Part shown: piece by piece, positions 49,200 to 61,087 of the stretch
How positions within the stretch are numbered: position 1 is the stretch's first letter
Layout of the letters: every line of letters starts with the position of its first letter
Source of the DNA: Deltaproteobacteria bacterium
GTDB lineage: Bacteria; Myxococcota_A; Polyangia; Polyangiales; Houyiibacteriaceae
Length of the DNA stretch: 64,000 bases
Direction of reading: 5' to 3'
Assembly: GCA_034670305.1 (NCBI GenBank)
Contig: JAXMNT010000022.1
Span: 1-64,000 of the forward strand
Notes under the pieces: model-generated
What the model saw: only the letters and a program-made list of their open reading frames with translations
Databases searched by the model: none
Told to the model about the DNA's origin: nothing
Translations under genes and position numbers: made by a program

Positions 49200-49669
49200 T
49201 GAACCGCACCCACTCCCTTCTGCTCGCTGGCCTGGCCATCCTCTGTGGCGCCATCGCGCCTTCGGCGGGGCAGGCACAGCCGGGCACCATCCGCGGGGAA
49301 GTCCTCGTCGTGCTCGCCAAAGAGGCGCCGGGCGAGATCGACCCCGCGCTCGCGGACCTGAGCGCGCTGCGTCAGCCGCCATTCAACGCGTTCCGCTCCC
49401 TGTCCATCCTGGAGCGGCAGGCGGTGCGCCTCCGCCAGAACACCCCGCAGGACATCAACCTGCCGAACGGCCGCGTGCTTCGACTCGAGCTGCAGCGGGT
49501 GATGCCCGACGGGCGCCTTCGGGTGCGGGTCTCGATCAAACGGGAAGGCGAAGACGCCTACCTCCCGCTCCTGCAGGTCGTGACCGCGCCGGGCGATCCG
49601 TTCTTCGTGGCGGGCCAGTCTCACCAGGGCGGCACGCTGGTCATCGGCGTCCGACTCGGCTCCGCCTGA
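49196..49669 (+). CDS. Exported accessory protein of the ECF cluster
   Basis: Signal peptide (AQA); start overlaps the anti-sigma stop. Confidence 0.8.
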   Translation: MMNRTHSLLLAGLAILCGAIAPSAGQAQPGTIRGEVLVVLAKEAPGEIDPALADLSALRQPPFNAFRSLSILERQAVRLRQNTPQDINLPNGRVLRLELQRVMPDGRLRVRVSIKREGEDAYLPLLQVVTAPGDPFFVAGQSHQGGTLVIGVRLGSA

Positions 49670-49827
49670 CGGCTCGTTCACCCGAGGCGGTCGGACTGGA
49701 CCGTCGGGCCGGGCAGGGCGTACCGTCTCGGCATGTCGAGACGGCTGACCGAAATGCTGTTCGAAAGGCTGTGCGGGCGGCTTGAAACGCCGTGGGCGCG
49801 TGCGTCCGCTGGCGAACGGCTGGCCGG

Positions 49828-51027
49828 ATGAGCCAGGAACGGTTCATTCGATGTCCGCACTGCCGGTTGCCGCACGAGGCGACCGAATCGGTCTGTCCGA
49901 TGACCGGCAAGGCGATCGAGCTGCAGCCTCGCAAGAAGGACCCTGCCCCCCCGCCGAGCGACCGTCCGCGCTGGACGACGCCGGTGCCGGATCCGATGAC
50001 GCCGGTGGAGATGGAAGCGAGTCCGAGCGTCACCCGGATGTTCGGGCTCACCATCGACGGCAAGTACCGCCTCGACGAGCTCATCGGCCGAGGCGGCATG
50101 GGCGTCGTCTACAAGGGAGAACACGTCGGGCTCGGCCGCGAGGTCGCGGTGAAGGTCCTGCTTCGGGGCCACGAAGCCGGCAGCGCCGCCAAGAAACGGT
50201 TTCAGCGCGAAGCCCGCGCGGCCGGCACCATCGGCCACCCCAACATCGTTCAGGTCTTCGACCTCGGCACCCTGCCCGATGGGGTGCCCTACATCGTGAT
50301 GGAGTTGCTCGAGGGGGAGAACCTGGCCGATCGGCTCTCCATTCGAGGCGCGCTCGATCTCACCAAGTCCTGCCACATCGTGGCGCAGGCCCTGGCGGGA
50401 CTCGGCGCGGTGCACGAGTCGAACATCATCCACCGCGATCTGAAGCCGGACAACATCTTCCTCACGCCCGGCGGCGTGAAGCTCGTGGACTTCGGGATCT
50501 CGAAGACCATCGACGAGAACACCATGTCGCTCACCCGGACCGGGGTGGTGGTCGGCACGCCCTACTACCTCGCGCCCGAGCAGGCGCGCGGCCAGCGCGA
50601 CATCGACCACCGGGTCGATCTCTGGTCGGCCGGGGTGGTGCTCTACGAGTGCCTGACCGGGATGCTCCCGTTCCACGCGGGCAACTACAACGCGTTGCTC
50701 GCCAAGATCCTCTCGGTGCGGCCGGAGCCTCCGAGCAGCCTGCGGCCGGCGATCGGCGAGGGGCTCGACCGGGTGGTCATGAAGGCCCTCGCGTTCGCGC
50801 CGGAGGACCGGTACCAGAGCGCGCTCGAGATGAAGGAGGCGGTCGAGAAGGCCGCCCTCTCTCCACGCGGCGCCGGCGAGAGCCAAGTCGTCTCCGACGT
50901 GCTCGCCGAAGCCCGCAAACAAGGCCGCCTCGACGCCTCGACGGTGTCGCTCAAAGGCAAGCCGCCCGACGACCCGACCGAGGTCAGCGACTCCTTCATC
51001 CTCTCCGACCTCAAACCCGACGACTGA
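49828..51027 (+). CDS. Ser/Thr protein kinase with N-terminal zinc-ribbon-like motif
   Basis: CPHC..PH....CP; IGRGGMGVVY, VAVK, HRDLKPDN, DFG, GTPYYLAPEQ; no TM segment. Confidence 0.96.
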   Translation: MSQERFIRCPHCRLPHEATESVCPMTGKAIELQPRKKDPAPPPSDRPRWTTPVPDPMTPVEMEASPSVTRMFGLTIDGKYRLDELIGRGGMGVVYKGEHVGLGREVAVKVLLRGHEAGSAAKKRFQREARAAGTIGHPNIVQVFDLGTLPDGVPYIVMELLEGENLADRLSIRGALDLTKSCHIVAQALAGLGAVHESNIIHRDLKPDNIFLTPGGVKLVDFGISKTIDENTMSLTRTGVVVGTPYYLAPEQARGQRDIDHRVDLWSAGVVLYECLTGMLPFHAGNYNALLAKILSVRPEPPSSLRPAIGEGLDRVVMKALAFAPEDRYQSALEMKEAVEKAALSPRGAGESQVVSDVLAEARKQGRLDASTVSLKGKPPDDPTEVSDSFILSDLKPDD

Positions 51028-51096
51028 CGGGTGGGCCGGTGGGCAGACCGATTGGTGGCTGGTCGGGGTTCGTGACGCTTCGCCGAACGCGATCGG

Positions 51097-51124
51097 CCGC
51101 CGCCGAAATCGATCTCGGCGGCGG
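51097..51124. terminator. Hairpin between convergent genes
   Basis: CCGCCGCCGA-N8-TCGGCGGCGG; no U-tract. Confidence 0.45.
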
Positions 51125-51142
51125 CGGACGTTCAGGGGTCTG

Positions 51143-54100
51143 TCAGCGCGCGACCGAGACGTAGTCGAGACGGATGAGGATGTCGTCGATGCGGTCGAGG
51201 ACCAGGCCCTCGTCGTAGACGCCGCCGGCCGACTCTCGTGCGATGATCGCCGCTGGGATGAAGAGGGCGTACTGGCCGTAGAGGCCCCGTGCCGCGAGTT
51301 CGCTGCTCTCCCCGTTGGCGTAGTCGGGGGTCTCGAGGGTGCCGCGGTCGACGTTCACGAACGCTTGGATCCGCGCGCGTGTCTCGGAGCTGACGTCGAA
51401 TTCGGTGCCGAGTTCGCCACCGACGAGCTCTCCTTCGCCCGGCTCCCGGAAGAGGTTCCGGGTCGGGCGCGTGGAGGCCACCTGGTAGGGCTGCCCCTCG
51501 GGTGCGCTGCCACACCACTGGCTGAAGAAGGTGTTCCGTTTGAGCAGGTCCACCCGCACAAAGCTGGTGTCCGATCCGTTGATCACGTCTTCGCCGAGGA
51601 TCGATGCGTTGACCGACCAGATGCGTTCGGCGCAATCGGTCGCGGCGTAGATCGGCACCGCACCGGCATCGAAGCCGAACGCGCCGAGCGGGATCAGCTC
51701 GAACGGGATGCGCTGACCTTCCCAGTTGCCGGCTTCGTCGTAGACGGCGTGGTTCGGGTTTGCGAGGGCGAGCCGGAAACGTTCGATCGGCGTCAGCGGG
51801 TGGCTCTCGGCCGGCTGTCCGCTCTCGTCGCGCAAGCGCAGGACGTCGTCGCGGAGGCTCAGCACCGCTGAGAGATCACTGGGGCGCGAGCCACCGACGG
51901 TGCGGGTGGCGGCCGAGGTCCAAAGGCTCAGCAGGACCGCCCGCAGGTCGGCGGGCGTCGCTGCCTCGTAGATGTCCGTGCGTTCGGCAAGCGACTGCTG
52001 TTGTTCGTATTCGACCGCGCGGAGCGCCAAGTAGGTCGTCCGCCGTGCCAGCCGCATCTCGCGCACGAAGCTCGAGACGTTCTCGTCGATCCAGACGTCG
52101 CTGCCGGTGGGTCGGGCCGCGCTTCCGTCAAGCGCCATGAGGTAGTGGTGTCCCGTCAGCCAAGCGCGCTGCGCGTCGGCATGGAGGCCGTCGATGTTCG
52201 CGAATGCGCTTTGAAGATCGAACGCCGCCTGCTCGATGTCGAGGGCCGCCCGGTGCATGCCCACGAGTTCCGAGAGCGCGTCGTTGTAGCAGATCCAGAG
52301 ATCGCTGGCCTCCGCGAGCGCGGCCATCTGGTTCTCGTGGTTGAGTTGGGCCCCGTCGATCTCGCCCGTCAGCGAAGCGCTCGCGACTTGCGCAGCCGCC
52401 TGGACGCCGCCCGCGACACACGATGCGATCGCGAGCGCTGCGCCTGTGCCCGTTCCCCACGGCGTGTCTTTCACACCAGCGGCGCTGGCAGCGAGGCACT
52501 CCTTGGCCGCGCCTGCGACGGCGGCCGCGCTGTCGGCGGCGGCCCGTCCTCGGAACAGGCGCCCCATGTTCGCCTGGTGGTCGGAGCGGAGTCTGGTGGC
52601 CTCAGTGCCTGCCAATCTCTGCGTTGTGCAGGAATCCATCGCGATGTTGTAGGACTTGATGAACTCCGCGTGTGCGGCGCGTGCGGTCTGGAGCGCCCGC
52701 TCGGAGCTGACCACGTCGAGGTAGGCCTCGCCGATCGAGCCGGTCACACACGCTGGGATCTCGAGGGGTGAGCTCGGGTAGGGGACGTGTTCGCGCATCG
52801 AGGGATAGATCGCGCGGCACGTCTCGACCGCGGCGCTCCGAACCGCTGGGGGGACGACGTCCCCGATGCGCGTCGCCACCTGGGTGGGACGGGGATCCCT
52901 GCTGGGCTGGAGGTCCAGGGTGTCGGGTTCGAGAGGGAGCGGCTCGATGCTGTCGTCGCCGACGCAGAAGAGGCAGTTTCCTGTGTCGCACGCGGCGATG
53001 CGAACCACGTCCCAGCCATCGGTCGTATCCGAAGACGTCCCGATGTCGCGGACGCATCGTTCTGCGAAACTGCGCGCCGCACGATCCGTGAGGCCCACCA
53101 CATTGAAGGTGTTGTTGGTGAACGTGGCGACGCAGATGCGCCCGAGCACATCCGCTTCGGTCCAGCGCGTCCACCAGTCCTCCGGCTCGCCAGCGCACCG
53201 CGGGTTGATGGCATCGACCGCGCAGTTCTCGGACCGGAAGTTGGGGTCGTCGATGGGTGAGCCGGTGGTGGAGGAACCGCAGTAGTTGAAGAGCCGGACG
53301 TTGAACTGCTCCCGGACCTCGTCGAGCCATCGCTCGTGTTCGGCGGTGGCGACGTCGGCGCGGAAGGTCCGGTCGACTTCGCCGAGGAAACCAGCGCGCG
53401 CCGCATCGAGGGAGGACTCTGCCTGGCGCACCAAAGAAGGCGCCCACGCCGTGGAGTCCGGACCGGTGCCAAGGAGGAAGTCGCTCACCGCGGCGTAGCG
53501 CCCGCCGGGCCCAAAGCTGCCATCCGTGGCGCTGCCGTCGGCGAGGAAGTAGAGCGGCAGGTCGACGTCCTCGATGCCCAGCGGGTTGCCTCCGCTCTCA
53601 AGCCGGTAGGCGACGTCCTGGCTCTTCGAGAGAGCGGTGATTGCACGCGCTTCCGAGGCGCGGAAGTTGGTTTCCCAGCCAAGGGCCCCATCGGCGGCGC
53701 CCGCGGCGCGGTCGTAGAGGCCGTAGGCGAGGGCGCTCGCGAGCAGCACCCGAGGCATCACGGTCGCGAACTGGTCGAGGGCGGCGTCTGGTTCGAGTTC
53801 GAGGGCAGCCTCCTCCAAGACGGCCTGTTGCAGGTCGAGCTGGCTCGTGACCGTGTCGAGGATGGCCGCGGGCAGACTGTTCTGCTGCGGATCCCCGCGG
53901 CGAGGACTCACGCCGAGGACGGGCACGCGGTAGTCCTGCGTCTGCAATCCGCCTCCGAGCAGCTGCCCGAACGAGCCGGCCACCCGCGGGTGGAAGAGCA
54001 GATCCCACCCAGCGATGGATTGGTCGAGGCGCACGCCTGCTTCGACCATGGTCGGGTCGTCGGAGAAGACCGCGGCCATCTCCGCCTGAGAAGTCGCCTC

Positions 54101-56329
54101 CGAAGCGATCATGCCATGCAGCTCGAGGAAGCGGCCGATGCGGCGCAGCGCGAAGGCTCCGGCCTGAGCAACCTCTGGGGTCGGATCGTCGTCGTTGCGC
54201 AGCGTACGCAGACCATGCTGGATCGCCACCAAGAACCGACCCGGATCGACGCAGCGTCCGACGTCGAGGGCAGCGCCAGACGAACCGTTGCCGAGGAGGT
54301 GTTGGTAGCCGGAGCCGACCACGGACGGAGGCGCGCCGCGGAGGATGGCGAAGTCCGACAGACATTCGTCGATCAAGGCACGGACTCCAATGGTCTCCGT
54401 GTCCGTCAGGACGTCGGCCGCCAAGGCCCCACTTCGTGGGTGAACCGCACATTCGGCGTCGCGGGAGACCGTGCCAAGGCCCGAAGCAGGCATGTCGCCG
54501 ATCGACGCCAGACTCCCGGAGGGACGCGGCTCAGAGCATGCCGCGGTGAAGGCGCACGCCGGCTGGGTTTCTGGGATCCGGCACGAGCGTGTCCAACGCG
54601 CGGTGCCTACGAAGGGTGGCCGCGTGCCGCCCCCCTCGAGCCGCACATCCCCATCGACGGAGTACGTTCGTTCGGTGGTCGGGTCCAGGATGGTGCACCC
54701 CGTCCGTGCCCGCAGTTCGTCGCAGGTGTCGAACGCGACGTTCCTGACCGAGGTGCTGCTGCCGAGCGGGATGTCCACCGAGTAGTCGACGCTGCCCTCA
54801 CACGGCAGGTCGCGGGCCGGTCCGGGGATCGGGTCGCGGCCAATGGTGACGGGCACGAGGTAGTCTTCGCCCGCCATGACGGCGACCTGCACGATGGCGT
54901 TTCCGAAGGGCGTCTCTGCATGGATGTATCGCGATGCGTCCCCGTCCGCGGCGGCGAGCGCGGGCGTGATCCAGAAGCGGCTGTCGTTGAGCCCAAGCGC
55001 CGCGTACTTCGCGTCGGTGGCCGTGCCCGGGCTCTCCGAGACGAAGCAGTGTGCCCACTGGACTGGGGCATCGGTTCGCCAGAGGTCGAAGAAATCCGGC
55101 GTGAGCGAGCTGTCGCGAAGGACTTCGTCGAGCCGCTCCTCCCAGGGCAGGGTGGTGGCCTCGCGGGTCGCCTCGTCCGCGCTCAAGGTCGCATCCGAGC
55201 CGACGCTTGGAGCGGCGCCGCTGACATCGCCGGTGCGAGCGAGTTCGAGGGTCCAGCGTGCGGCAGGGCGGGTGTTGACGCCAAGCCCGACGAACTGCTG
55301 CGCGAGCTCGAGGCGCAGGGTGCGCGGCGTGTCGCGCAACTGCATGGTTGCGGTGACGATCTCGGACAGGACCTCGTAGTCGGCACCGAGGCCGAAGTCG
55401 GCGTCGAGGTAGGGCTGCACGGGGAACATCGCCGCGCCGCTCTGAAGCTCGCCATCGGCCGCCAGGGAGAACGTGCCGACGACCGCGCCGGCGCTTCCGA
55501 AGGCGCCACGGCGGTTGTCGATGGAGACGGTGCCGGCGCTGGGCGTGCCGTAGATCTCAACCGTGACTGGGAGCCGCACCGGGCCGACCGGTGCGGGCCC
55601 CGGATCGGCTGGGTCACCCAGTCCGCTCGCGGTGAGCACGGCGACACCGCGGTAGGTTCCGGAGAACTCGGCGCTGTCGATCGGGGTGTCGCCACGCCTG
55701 ATCGAGACGAAGGCCGCGTTGCCACCGCTGCTGAACACCCCGACCTCGCCCAGGCCCTCCGGGGAGCCCATGAAACGCACCGGGACAAGCGTGTCCCCAG
55801 CGGGCATCGCGTCGTAGACGCATTCGGTGGCGAAGGTCCCGTCCGGGCACTCGATCTCAGCGCCCTGGCGAGCGAGCAAACGCGCGCGGCCTCCGGCGCC
55901 CTGTGAGGTCAGATGGAGGACGCCCTCTCCGGTCGTCGCGTCGACACGGACGGACGTGTCGAGGGCTCGCAAATCCATACCGAGATCGCCCGCCGGCGGT
56001 GTGGGCACCAGGGCGGACTCTTCCATCCCGCGGCAGCGCCCGAACGAGTCGCAGCGCTCCCCGTCCCCGCAAGCGCTCTCGGCACCACACTCCGCGAGAC
56101 AAACCCCGAGGTCGCAGTACGTGCCGCACGGGCAGTGGTCGTCCGTGAGGCAGTCGCTCCGTTCGGCCACGAGGGCAGGGTCGACGGTGCATTGGATGGG
56201 GGCTGGCGCATCCGGGGACATCGTGTCGCCGGGGCCAGCGTCTTCCATGCCGCCCCCTCCGCCGCACGCGATGAGGGTGACGAAGGCGGTGGCGAGGTAG
56301 GACCGGATCGCGGCCAGAGGGAGATTCAT
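51143..56329 (-). CDS. 1728-aa Cys-rich lipoprotein with Tc-toxin-A-like C-terminal region
   Basis: Lipobox LIAC; Cys-rich module; helical stalk with a Gly/Ala hydrophobic hairpin; YLALRAVEYE; terminal GLYGQYALFI...IDDILIRLDYVS. The ORF is secure, the functional call is tentative. Confidence 0.75.
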   Translation of the reverse strand: MNLPLAAIRSYLATAFVTLIACGGGGGMEDAGPGDTMSPDAPAPIQCTVDPALVAERSDCLTDDHCPCGTYCDLGVCLAECGAESACGDGERCDSFGRCRGMEESALVPTPPAGDLGMDLRALDTSVRVDATTGEGVLHLTSQGAGGRARLLARQGAEIECPDGTFATECVYDAMPAGDTLVPVRFMGSPEGLGEVGVFSSGGNAAFVSIRRGDTPIDSAEFSGTYRGVAVLTASGLGDPADPGPAPVGPVRLPVTVEIYGTPSAGTVSIDNRRGAFGSAGAVVGTFSLAADGELQSGAAMFPVQPYLDADFGLGADYEVLSEIVTATMQLRDTPRTLRLELAQQFVGLGVNTRPAARWTLELARTGDVSGAAPSVGSDATLSADEATREATTLPWEERLDEVLRDSSLTPDFFDLWRTDAPVQWAHCFVSESPGTATDAKYAALGLNDSRFWITPALAAADGDASRYIHAETPFGNAIVQVAVMAGEDYLVPVTIGRDPIPGPARDLPCEGSVDYSVDIPLGSSTSVRNVAFDTCDELRARTGCTILDPTTERTYSVDGDVRLEGGGTRPPFVGTARWTRSCRIPETQPACAFTAACSEPRPSGSLASIGDMPASGLGTVSRDAECAVHPRSGALAADVLTDTETIGVRALIDECLSDFAILRGAPPSVVGSGYQHLLGNGSSGAALDVGRCVDPGRFLVAIQHGLRTLRNDDDPTPEVAQAGAFALRRIGRFLELHGMIASEATSQAEMAAVFSDDPTMVEAGVRLDQSIAGWDLLFHPRVAGSFGQLLGGGLQTQDYRVPVLGVSPRRGDPQQNSLPAAILDTVTSQLDLQQAVLEEAALELEPDAALDQFATVMPRVLLASALAYGLYDRAAGAADGALGWETNFRASEARAITALSKSQDVAYRLESGGNPLGIEDVDLPLYFLADGSATDGSFGPGGRYAAVSDFLLGTGPDSTAWAPSLVRQAESSLDAARAGFLGEVDRTFRADVATAEHERWLDEVREQFNVRLFNYCGSSTTGSPIDDPNFRSENCAVDAINPRCAGEPEDWWTRWTEADVLGRICVATFTNNTFNVVGLTDRAARSFAERCVRDIGTSSDTTDGWDVVRIAACDTGNCLFCVGDDSIEPLPLEPDTLDLQPSRDPRPTQVATRIGDVVPPAVRSAAVETCRAIYPSMREHVPYPSSPLEIPACVTGSIGEAYLDVVSSERALQTARAAHAEFIKSYNIAMDSCTTQRLAGTEATRLRSDHQANMGRLFRGRAAADSAAAVAGAAKECLAASAAGVKDTPWGTGTGAALAIASCVAGGVQAAAQVASASLTGEIDGAQLNHENQMAALAEASDLWICYNDALSELVGMHRAALDIEQAAFDLQSAFANIDGLHADAQRAWLTGHHYLMALDGSAARPTGSDVWIDENVSSFVREMRLARRTTYLALRAVEYEQQQSLAERTDIYEAATPADLRAVLLSLWTSAATRTVGGSRPSDLSAVLSLRDDVLRLRDESGQPAESHPLTPIERFRLALANPNHAVYDEAGNWEGQRIPFELIPLGAFGFDAGAVPIYAATDCAERIWSVNASILGEDVINGSDTSFVRVDLLKRNTFFSQWCGSAPEGQPYQVASTRPTRNLFREPGEGELVGGELGTEFDVSSETRARIQAFVNVDRGTLETPDYANGESSELAARGLYGQYALFIPAAIIARESAGGVYDEGLVLDRIDDILIRLDYVSVAR

Positions 56330-56503
56330 TCGGCCTCATGTCATACCGAGTACCCGACGTCAGCAGGGATCGGTACGCGCGCAAAACTATCCGAAGTCGG
56401 ACTCCGCAGCAGTCACCAGTCAGGGACGGTCGCCGCTTGCCGTTCGGAAACCGCTGCAACGGGTTTCAGCAAGACGCCCCGTGCATCCATCGCGTGAACT
56501 CGT

Positions 56504-57229
56504 ATGGTGCGGGCGATGCGTCGATCCGATCCCGATGCCTTCGAGGTTCAGTCTTCGGGGCCCCCGAAGCTCACCCATGATCCGGCGGTCGTGGTGGATG
56601 TGCTGGCGCCGCTCGTGACCGAAGAACGCCTCGCGCGGCTTCAGGGCGTGGTGGCGGCGCGCAGCCGGGCGGTGACGATCGTGCTGGAGAACATCGACGA
56701 TCCGCACAACGCGTCCGCGGTGCTGCGCAGCGCGGATGCGTTCGGGCTGCAGGACGTGCACGTGGTCGGCGAGCGGAGCTTCGTCGCGTCGCGCCAGGTC
56801 GCCAAGGGCACCCACCGCTGGCTGGACGTGAAGCGGCACCTGACCGCCGCCGAATGTGCGGCGGAACTCCACGCCGCGGGGTACCAGATCCTCGTCGCTT
56901 CGATGGAGGGTCAGACCACGCCGGCCGAGGCCGCGCGTCTCGAGCGGGTGGCGTTCGTGTTCGGAAACGAACACCGCGGGCCGAGCCCCGAGATGCGGGA
57001 AGTCGCCGATGGCACCTACGGGATCCCGATGCGCGGCTTCGTCGAGAGCCTCAATGTCTCGGTCGCGGCGGCGATCACGCTGCACGTGGCCACGGTGGAT
57101 CGGCCGAGCGATCTGGACGCGGCTGCCCGAGAGCGGCTTTTGGCGCGGTTCCTGATGGCGTCGGTGAAAGACAGCGGCGCGGTGCTCGCGGACCAGATCG
57201 CCCAGCGCCAACAACGGGCCAGCTCATGA
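56504..57229 (+). CDS. trmH: TrmH/SpoU family tRNA 2'-O-methyltransferase
   Basis: VLENIDDPHNASAVLRSADAFG, VFGNEHRG, IPMRGFVESLNVSVA. Confidence 0.92.
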   Translation: MVRAMRRSDPDAFEVQSSGPPKLTHDPAVVVDVLAPLVTEERLARLQGVVAARSRAVTIVLENIDDPHNASAVLRSADAFGLQDVHVVGERSFVASRQVAKGTHRWLDVKRHLTAAECAAELHAAGYQILVASMEGQTTPAEAARLERVAFVFGNEHRGPSPEMREVADGTYGIPMRGFVESLNVSVAAAITLHVATVDRPSDLDAAARERLLARFLMASVKDSGAVLADQIAQRQQRASS

Positions 57230-57308
57230 GTTCGTCGATCATGGCGGTTGCGCGGAATCTTGGGCAGACCCAAACCGGTTGCACCTTGGTGCAACGGGGA
57301 GGTCACGC

Positions 57309-59719
<2,411 letters not shown>

Positions 59720-59723
<4 letters not shown>

Positions 59724-61087
59724 GCGCAGTGGGTGGGACAGCACGAGCGGTGGTGTGTGCCGCAGCGCTTCTGTGCGGCGGACTCTGGAGCGCACCCGCA
59801 AAGGCGCAGAACGAGCCACCACCACCCGACAGCATCGCCGGCATCCACGTGCTGGAGCGCGCGGTGACCGAAGCAGCGCGGTCGTTGCTCGAAGGTGTGC
59901 CGCCGAGTGAGATCGTTCTGGAGTCGAGCTGGCCCTCCACCTCTACCGAACCGTCGGCGCTCGACGCGCGGCTTCGCACCGCGGTTCGGCGGGCGGCAAC
60001 CTCCGAGGGCGCCGGCGGTCCACCGCTGGTCGTGTCCGCGGAGGTCGTTCGTCGCGGCATCCGGGTCGAGTTGTCTCTCGCGACGCGGCTGCAGGATCGG
60101 AGCTGGGTCCGGCGTTTGTTCGTGGCGGCTTCTCCGGCCACGGTCCGCGTCGTCCAGGTGCCGCTCGATGCGTCGCTCCGCCGGTACGTCGCCGGCATCG
60201 CGCGGCTGACCAACGCCGGCGTGGTCGCGATCGCGACGCCGCTTCCCGCCCGCGGCTACCTCGCAGCGCAAGTCGTGAACCTCGATGGCGAAGGGCCGGA
60301 GGAGCTCGTCTTGCTGCGCGATGGAGACGTCGAGGTGTTTCGGGTCGCACCCGGCGCCCGGGCGGTCCCGAGGATGCGCCGCATCGCCCGGGTGCCTCTG
60401 CCGAGGTCTCCGCGTCCGGGCCACGGGACGCCCCGCCCCTTCGGTACGCTCTCGGTGGACACGGCGCCCGATGGGTCCGTGTCGTTGCTCGCGCGGGTGC
60501 GTTCCCGTGCTTCGGTGACGCGCATCCACATGCGCGACGGGGAGGTCGAGGCCACCGAGGCCACCGACCCGTGTCCTGCGCTCGGCCACCCCCTCGAAGA
60601 CGCGTGCGCGGTGCCGGTGGATGCGCGCGACTACTTCGCCTCCGAACTGATGGCCCGCGTGGGCCACTCCACCCCGCCCCGCGCGCCGACTTCGTTTCTA
60701 TCGCGCCGGCTCGCGCAGGTGGTGCGCGCCGACGGCACCACCGACCGGGTCGAGGCCGTCGTGACACCGCGGGGAAGGCTGGTCGTGCAAACGGGGACCC
60801 GCGCCGTCGGTGTGGCCGGCCATGGCGCGGCGTTCGGCATGGCCGACTTGGACGACGACGGCATGCTGGAGCTGCTCGCGAGTTCCGCGGCGCCGATCGG
60901 CGAACCGGATCGGCTGACGCTCTACCGGGTGACCGACGCGGGCGGCATGCGCACGCTCTGGCGCTCGGATCCGATCGCCGGTTCGGTGCTCGTGGGCACC
61001 CATGGGGACTTGGACGGCGACGGTCGGCCGGAACTCTTCGCGATCGAAGAGGGCGCCGAAGGCACCCAGCTGTGGTGGGTGCGCTGA
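59720..61087 (+). CDS. Exported protein with FG-GAP/VCBS-like repeats
   Basis: Signal peptide (AKA); NLDGEGPEEL, ADLDDDGMLEL, GDLDGDGRPEL. The ATG overlaps the mrcA stop. Confidence 0.82.
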
